Positions 16,919 to 22,189 of a DNA stretch of 22,189 bases are shown here, one piece after another. This stretch comes from Candidatus Eiseniibacteriota bacterium (GTDB lineage Bacteria; ARS69): contig JBQTGV010000207.1 in the NCBI GenBank assembly GCA_052390515.1, positions 1 through 22,189 on the forward strand, read 5' to 3'. Both the position numbers and the translations under genes were made by a program. The first letter of the stretch is position 1. Each line of letters opens with the position of its first letter. The notes under the pieces are model-generated. The model was not told the origin of the DNA and did not search any database. It was given only the letters and a program-made list of their open reading frames with translations.

Positions 16919-18231
16919 CGGTAGCCCTCCTTGATCCGCCCCCAGGATCTCGTCTCGACGGAGACCGAGCCGCAGCCACGTCCCCGAGCACCGATCTGAC
17001 CGCAGCCGGGGGTGTTCGCCGGCAGGCAGGGCGAGGTGTCGAAGACCGTGAAGTCCCCGAGCGTCGGATCGCAGTACTGCGGATCGATCACGCGGTCCGT
17101 GGCGGCCATGCTGAATCCGCTCACATCACCGCCGGCGTTCTGCCAGTAGACGTTGCAGCTTGGCACGACCGTTGCGCTGAATGCGGTCACCGCTGCCGTG
17201 CCGCTGGAGCCGGTGACGATGTTGTTTCTGAAGTCGACGACACCCACCTGAAGCACTGCCGCAGATCCCGTACCGAAGGCCGTGTTCTGATGGAATGTGT
17301 TTCCTACGACCGTTCCAGAGAAGCCGGTCGCCAGCGCTCCACCACCGCCCCCTGCACTCGTCGCACGGTTCTTCCAGAAGACGCAGTTGGCCACCGTCCA
17401 AGGACCCACCTGCGCGCCACCGATTTGGACGGCACCACCAACGGCGACGATCACGTTGTCCTCGAAATGGCAGTCCGATACGGTGACGCCCGACTGGTAG
17501 TTCACGATGGACACAGCTCCACCGCCCCCACCGGACGACGCCGAGTTTCCGATGAAGGTCGAGTTCCTGATCACCGCCTGCTCGGGTATTAGCAGATCCT
17601 GTGCGTGCGTCCCGATGGCGCGCTCCACGCAGTTCGTGAACAGGCACCCATCCACGAGGAGATCTGCCTCGAGCTGGTGGATGCCCGCGCCGCCTGTCTG
17701 GCTCGACAGATTGCGGAACTCACAACGGATGATGTCCAGATCGGCGTATGTCGCCAGAATCCCGGCAACCGCCAGCTGTGCCCCGTCCATGTCACGGAGA
17801 ACGCAATCGCGCAACGTCACCTTCTCAGAGTCAACGATGAACGCTCCGGGACTTCCCACCGGTGCCCCGGTTAGAGTGAAGCCCTCGACAACAGTATCGC
17901 CAGACAGGAGTCGCTCTCCGTAGACGACCTGGGGTTGAAAGCCGGTCGCTCCCTGCATGTCAATCGTCGTGACCGTCGGCCCTCCTTCCGATATAAGGGT
18001 AACACCGTCCACCAGGAAGGCACACGCAGTTTGGGGGAACCCGAAGATCACGCGCGTGTCAACGTCACTGTAGGTTCCCGGCGCCACCAGGACCGAGTCC
18101 CCGGCCACGCTCGCGTCGAGCCCTGCCAGAATCGTCGGCTGATCGGCAGGAACTCGGATGACCGCAGCACCGACGGGTGTGATCGCTAACACCAGGGCAC
18201 CTAGTGACAGCCAGAGTTTTCGGATTCGCAT
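16915..18231 (-). CDS. Secreted right-handed parallel beta-helix repeat protein with C-terminal SWGxIKxxYR tail
   Basis: Signal peptide, IRVPADQPTILAGL..GDSVLVAPGTY cap, repeated C/T.F..N..GGA turns, DPQYC..DF....SPCL..CGQIGA. GAGGAG SD before ATGATG (18234/18231). Confidence 0.85.
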   Translation of the reverse strand: MRIRKLWLSLGALVLAITPVGAAVIRVPADQPTILAGLDASVAGDSVLVAPGTYSDVDTRVIFGFPQTACAFLVDGVTLISEGGPTVTTIDMQGATGFQPQVVYGERLLSGDTVVEGFTLTGAPVGSPGAFIVDSEKVTLRDCVLRDMDGAQLAVAGILATYADLDIIRCEFRNLSSQTGGAGIHQLEADLLVDGCLFTNCVERAIGTHAQDLLIPEQAVIRNSTFIGNSASSGGGGGAVSIVNYQSGVTVSDCHFEDNVIVAVGGAVQIGGAQVGPWTVANCVFWKNRATSAGGGGGALATGFSGTVVGNTFHQNTAFGTGSAAVLQVGVVDFRNNIVTGSSGTAAVTAFSATVVPSCNVYWQNAGGDVSGFSMAATDRVIDPQYCDPTLGDFTVFDTSPCLPANTPGCGQIGARGRGCGSVSVETRSWGRIKEGYR

Positions 18232-18239
18232 CATGCTCC

Positions 18240-21200
18240 TCACTTCACTAGGACGATCTTCTGAGTCTGCGCGAACCCCACCCCCGCCATCCGAAGAAAG
18301 TACACGCCAGACGAGACTCGCCTGCCGGAGTCGTCGGAAAGATCCCAGCTGAGTTCCCGCGTGCCCGCCGCGAGCACGCCGTTCCAGAGGATCCTTACGT
18401 GACGGCCTCGCACATCAAATATGTCGACCACGTAGGCTCCGCCCTCTCCGGCGGCAACCCCGAACTGGATCTGAACGACGTCGCGCGCGGGGTTGGCCGA
18501 CGGAGCCCCGAGGAAAGACTCTGCGGGCACCCGTGCAAGGCCCTCCCCCGACGCCGAGCCGCGATCTCCCGCGCCGTCCAGCGGTATCGACGGGGGTCCC
18601 GCGATCATCCTCCCTACCTGCGGCGGGCTCAGCATCCTGTGGTAGTACTTGGTCGCATCGCTCGTGTAGCGCGGACTGTGGTCAAACAATGCGCTGTTCG
18701 GTTTCAGCTTCGGGTTGAGCCACATGATCACCTCGCCGGGGAGGTTGATCAGGTCCTCGGCTGAGGGGGCAAGGAACGTGTACCAGTAGCAATTCTGCGC
18801 CTCAAGGATCGGGTTGCCGGCTTCCGTGTACGTCAACAGGAACTCGACGTTGCTACGTTCGACCATCAGCCCGTTGTTGCCTCGATCCACCACCGACGGT
18901 TCCATCCCGAGCTTGGTCTGAGCGCGGTTGTTCGACCGAACCGCTTCAAATCCGGCCCCGTCCTTAACCTCGAACCAGTTCGCCCTGAAGTTGGCCGCCG
19001 GGCCGCTCAACACAGGGTTCGCGTCGCGGCCGACATCGATTGCTCGAAATGACTCTACCACGTTGTTGCTGTCGGCCTGCACGTTCGACGTCTGGACGAG
19101 CTCGATGCCCGCGAGGTTGAAGCCTTCGATGTAGTTCCGCAGATACGTCACGGTGATGTTCGAAGTCGGCGCCGCACACGTCCACGTAGATCGAATCCCG
19201 GAATGTGAGGCCGCAGCACCGGTCCCCGGGCCGACGATCCAGTTCCCCTCGATAAGCGTGACATGAGCACCCCACGGCCTCACCCAGCAGTACTGCGTGG
19301 CCCACGTGACGTCGATCGCAGCGGACGACCCGGTCGGAAGAGCAAGCTGCGACAGATCTATCTTGTTGTTGCGCACGACCATGTTGAGGGCGGAATCGAG
19401 GAGGATGCCGGTCAGTCCAAGCTGAGCGAGCACGCCGCCGCGCTCGATGGTGTTCGATTCGATGATCCCTCCGAGAAGCGTCGTCCCGCTCACCGCGATG
19501 CCGACGTCCGCGAAGTCATGGATCCTGCAATTGCGGATAGTTGTGGCGCCGTCCGGAATGAACAGGAAGACGGGGTTCTCCGCGTAGCCGATGTCCGCGT
19601 ACTCGATCACGCTCCCCGCGGCGTTCACGTCGAGCAGGATCCCGCCCCACCCGTCACCCGTGTTCGTCAGCGTCTCCGGGCGGAAGTACACCGTATCACC
19701 GTCCGCCGTGCTCCCCGTCGTGAAGATCTTCCCTTGCGGGACGAGGTCGACCTTGCCGCCTACTCCGAACGACGTCTCAAGGCTAGGTGACACTGTGTTC
19801 GTCGCGACGACGTAAGTCCCTCCGAGGAGATCCCACTCCCCATGTTCCTCGTTCACGACCGCTCCGTTCCACACTCCCCACGGGATGAAAGCGTCGGTGT
19901 TGTCGAGGTAGATGTGCTTCGGCGGAACGCCGCCGATGTTCACGAAGTCGACCTCGGCGAGATTCGGCGCGATGAGATTCTGGACTCGAATGCCGTATGT
20001 CGCGTTTTCGATGGACGTGTTTTCGATGTCGCTGAGCGGCTCTTCGGAGCCGACGCAGCCGTACCCGGTCCACTCTGCGCCGATGAGATCCATGGCGAGC
20101 CCCGACCAGTCGGAGCTGCCAGCAGTCACGGTGGCCTCGCCGCCGGCGTAGATGAACTCTCCACCCGACGAGTCGAACGCGAAGTGCACGAAGTCGAGAT
20201 CGCGCGACGATGTCATCTCGACCACGCCACCGGCGAGATCTCCGGCAAGCAGTTGTCCCTTCACCCCGATCTGGACGCCGTCGGGACTCTCGCCGGCGGC
20301 CTGAGAGTCCTGGTTCGCGGCGGACACGACCTGAGATTTCTGCGAGATGGTCAGGGTCCGTCCGGCCGGTACCTCGACGTCCGCGACGAGCTGCACGAGC
20401 CCGCTCCAGACCATGCCGTCAGGCAGCGTGAACGGAGACCCCGCCGCCGGTGGTGTGCCATCGTAGCGAATCGTCACCGTGATCTCGCCGTTACCGCCAC
20501 CCGGCGTCGTCTCCCAGTCGATGTTGTAAAACGAGAGGCCGCTGTAGACGTTCTGGTCCTGCCGGAACCCGCAGTGCTCCGCATCGTCGTAGTTCTGCCC
20601 GACGCCCACCGTGTAGTAGAGGTTCGTGCTCGGGTTGGTGTACGGAGTGAACAGGTTCACGACGCCCGGGCGGAAGAGGTCGTCGTGGCGTGCGCCGTAG
20701 TTGGCGTTCTCGAGGAACGACAGGGCGTCCCAGCCGTAGACAGGGTCGGGCGCCCAGGTGGTCGAGTCGAACATTCCGGTAGCGACCTCGATGTCGATAT
20801 TCGGCGGGTATGCCTCGTTGGGGCATGTTCCTCCGTTGATGGGATCGGGGTCGCACACGCAGGGCAAGGTCGCCGGACAGACCGGGGGGAGTTGCTGGTT
20901 GCTGACGAGGGGCGGTGTGATCCACCACCCATCCATGGCCTGGTACGACAGCTGACAGCTGATTGGAAGCTGACTCGCCCGTTTCCGGTCCGACACGTGC
21001 CCGATGAGAAGACCGCTCGTGCCACGCGCGCCGTCGTCGCACCCGAACGCGTTGCCGTTGTCGTAGATCGCCGCGGTACTGTCTCGGCACTCGAGCAGGA
21101 AGTGCTGGTACGGATCGGTCGTATGCACGAGAAGGCATCCGGACGCCCCGCTCTCACCCACGTCCGACAGGGTGTAGGTCTGCTCCTGGCCGGAGGAGAG

Positions 21201-22013
21201 CGTTATTTCCGGCGGATCGAGCCAGTCGAGCTTCCACCGCAGGAACGTCGACATGATCTCCGTGCCGTCCTCGTGCGCTCCCCAAGTGCCATCCTGGACG
21301 CAGTAACCACCGAGGGACCGAATGTGGTGATAGGGACCGCCGTTGTTGATCGCGGTCTGACTCACGCCGAGGTGATGCGTGTACTCGTGGATTGCAATCG
21401 TCCGGGTCGACTTGAAGCCGCGCTCCCTGGCAGGAGGATACGCCAACGCCGACCGCCCTCCGTCAACGTTGATGTTGTCCATCGTCGCCCTCAGGCCGAA
21501 GCCAAGGCCTATCGTGCCGCTGGTGCCGCCGAACCAGGGGTTGCCTTGGCACCCCTGTTGCGTGGGAGTGCACTGGCAGGTTTGAGTAGACGTGCAAGTG
21601 AACTTCTGTCGATAAACGACGAAGAGGAAGTCGACGACACCGTCCCCATCATAGTCGTAGACGGACAGGTCGCGGTGAGCGTCCACACTATCGATCGCTG
21701 CGAGGTTGAGCTCTGTGCTGCTCGGAAACAGGTTCGGATCGGGAAGGGTCACGACTTGGTCGTGTGCCTCGCCCATCAGCAGGTGGTCGCCGCCGGACAT
21801 CAGGTGAAAGAAGTACGTCATGCTGTTGGGGTTGTCCGGAGTCTCGTCCATTTCCAAGAGCTCGTTCGCCCACGCGGGCAGAGGCCCGGGACCCTCGGGC
21901 CATGGATCCGCGCCGCACCCCGCATCCGAACCGATACCGGTGATCTCGTTCTCGAAGCGGACCAGGATGACGAGGCCCGTCAAGGTGTCCGCCGCAGCCA
22001 CCGTTGTCTGCAT
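18240..22013 (-). CDS. Large M6 (immune inhibitor A)-like metalloprotease with beta-helix repeats and FlgD-Ig/T9SS-type CTD. The likely 5' end (ATG 22176) is out of frame across a (CT)n tract.
   Basis: VILVRF, SMTYFFHLMSGG, DYDGDGVVDFLFVVY, HEYTHHLG, WKLDWL, FLLECR, GLLIGHV, FTPYTNPST (M6 pattern); beta-helix middle region; ANP..FDVRGRHVR..WD..SGRRVSSGVYFLRM..QKIVLVK. The frame stays open upstream of 22013 through the repeat to a TGA at 22175-22173. Confidence 0.85.
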   Translation of the reverse strand: MQTTVAAADTLTGLVILVRFENEITGIGSDAGCGADPWPEGPGPLPAWANELLEMDETPDNPNSMTYFFHLMSGGDHLLMGEAHDQVVTLPDPNLFPSSTELNLAAIDSVDAHRDLSVYDYDGDGVVDFLFVVYRQKFTCTSTQTCQCTPTQQGCQGNPWFGGTSGTIGLGFGLRATMDNINVDGGRSALAYPPARERGFKSTRTIAIHEYTHHLGVSQTAINNGGPYHHIRSLGGYCVQDGTWGAHEDGTEIMSTFLRWKLDWLDPPEITLSSGQEQTYTLSDVGESGASGCLLVHTTDPYQHFLLECRDSTAAIYDNGNAFGCDDGARGTSGLLIGHVSDRKRASQLPISCQLSYQAMDGWWITPPLVSNQQLPPVCPATLPCVCDPDPINGGTCPNEAYPPNIDIEVATGMFDSTTWAPDPVYGWDALSFLENANYGARHDDLFRPGVVNLFTPYTNPSTNLYYTVGVGQNYDDAEHCGFRQDQNVYSGLSFYNIDWETTPGGGNGEITVTIRYDGTPPAAGSPFTLPDGMVWSGLVQLVADVEVPAGRTLTISQKSQVVSAANQDSQAAGESPDGVQIGVKGQLLAGDLAGGVVEMTSSRDLDFVHFAFDSSGGEFIYAGGEATVTAGSSDWSGLAMDLIGAEWTGYGCVGSEEPLSDIENTSIENATYGIRVQNLIAPNLAEVDFVNIGGVPPKHIYLDNTDAFIPWGVWNGAVVNEEHGEWDLLGGTYVVATNTVSPSLETSFGVGGKVDLVPQGKIFTTGSTADGDTVYFRPETLTNTGDGWGGILLDVNAAGSVIEYADIGYAENPVFLFIPDGATTIRNCRIHDFADVGIAVSGTTLLGGIIESNTIERGGVLAQLGLTGILLDSALNMVVRNNKIDLSQLALPTGSSAAIDVTWATQYCWVRPWGAHVTLIEGNWIVGPGTGAAASHSGIRSTWTCAAPTSNITVTYLRNYIEGFNLAGIELVQTSNVQADSNNVVESFRAIDVGRDANPVLSGPAANFRANWFEVKDGAGFEAVRSNNRAQTKLGMEPSVVDRGNNGLMVERSNVEFLLTYTEAGNPILEAQNCYWYTFLAPSAEDLINLPGEVIMWLNPKLKPNSALFDHSPRYTSDATKYYHRMLSPPQVGRMIAGPPSIPLDGAGDRGSASGEGLARVPAESFLGAPSANPARDVVQIQFGVAAGEGGAYVVDIFDVRGRHVRILWNGVLAAGTRELSWDLSDDSGRRVSSGVYFLRMAGVGFAQTQKIVLVK

Positions 22014-22176
<163 letters not shown>

Positions 22177-22189
22177 GGCAGCCCCCGAC

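Overview
High-GC bacterial window with 16 coding regions. Three proteins end in a FlgD-Ig/T9SS-type C-terminal domain and one ends in an 'SWGxIKxxYR' tail, which suggests an FCB-superphylum candidate lineage such as Ca. Eisenbacteria, Krumholzibacteriota or Latescibacterota (inference). Bases 1-16275 hold housekeeping and envelope genes: trpS, metH, an ATP-grasp ligase, a Wzx-like flippase, an SDR, a KP-43-like S8 protease, a beta-helix lipoprotein, and a divergent pair of apparently degenerate enzymes (radical-SAM-like and PBP-transpeptidase-like). Bases 16337-22189 hold a lower-GC, tightly coupled three-gene minus-strand operon of secreted proteins: M6-like metalloprotease/beta-helix/CTD, then a beta-helix protein, then a DNRLRE-like protein. 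The main finding is a perfect (CT)33 tract inside the signal-peptide coding region of the first gene. At this length it puts the likely ATG (22176) out of frame, so it is a candidate slipped-strand phase-variation switch in the OFF state. An assembly artefact is not excluded. No rRNA, tRNA, CRISPR array or transposase was recognised.
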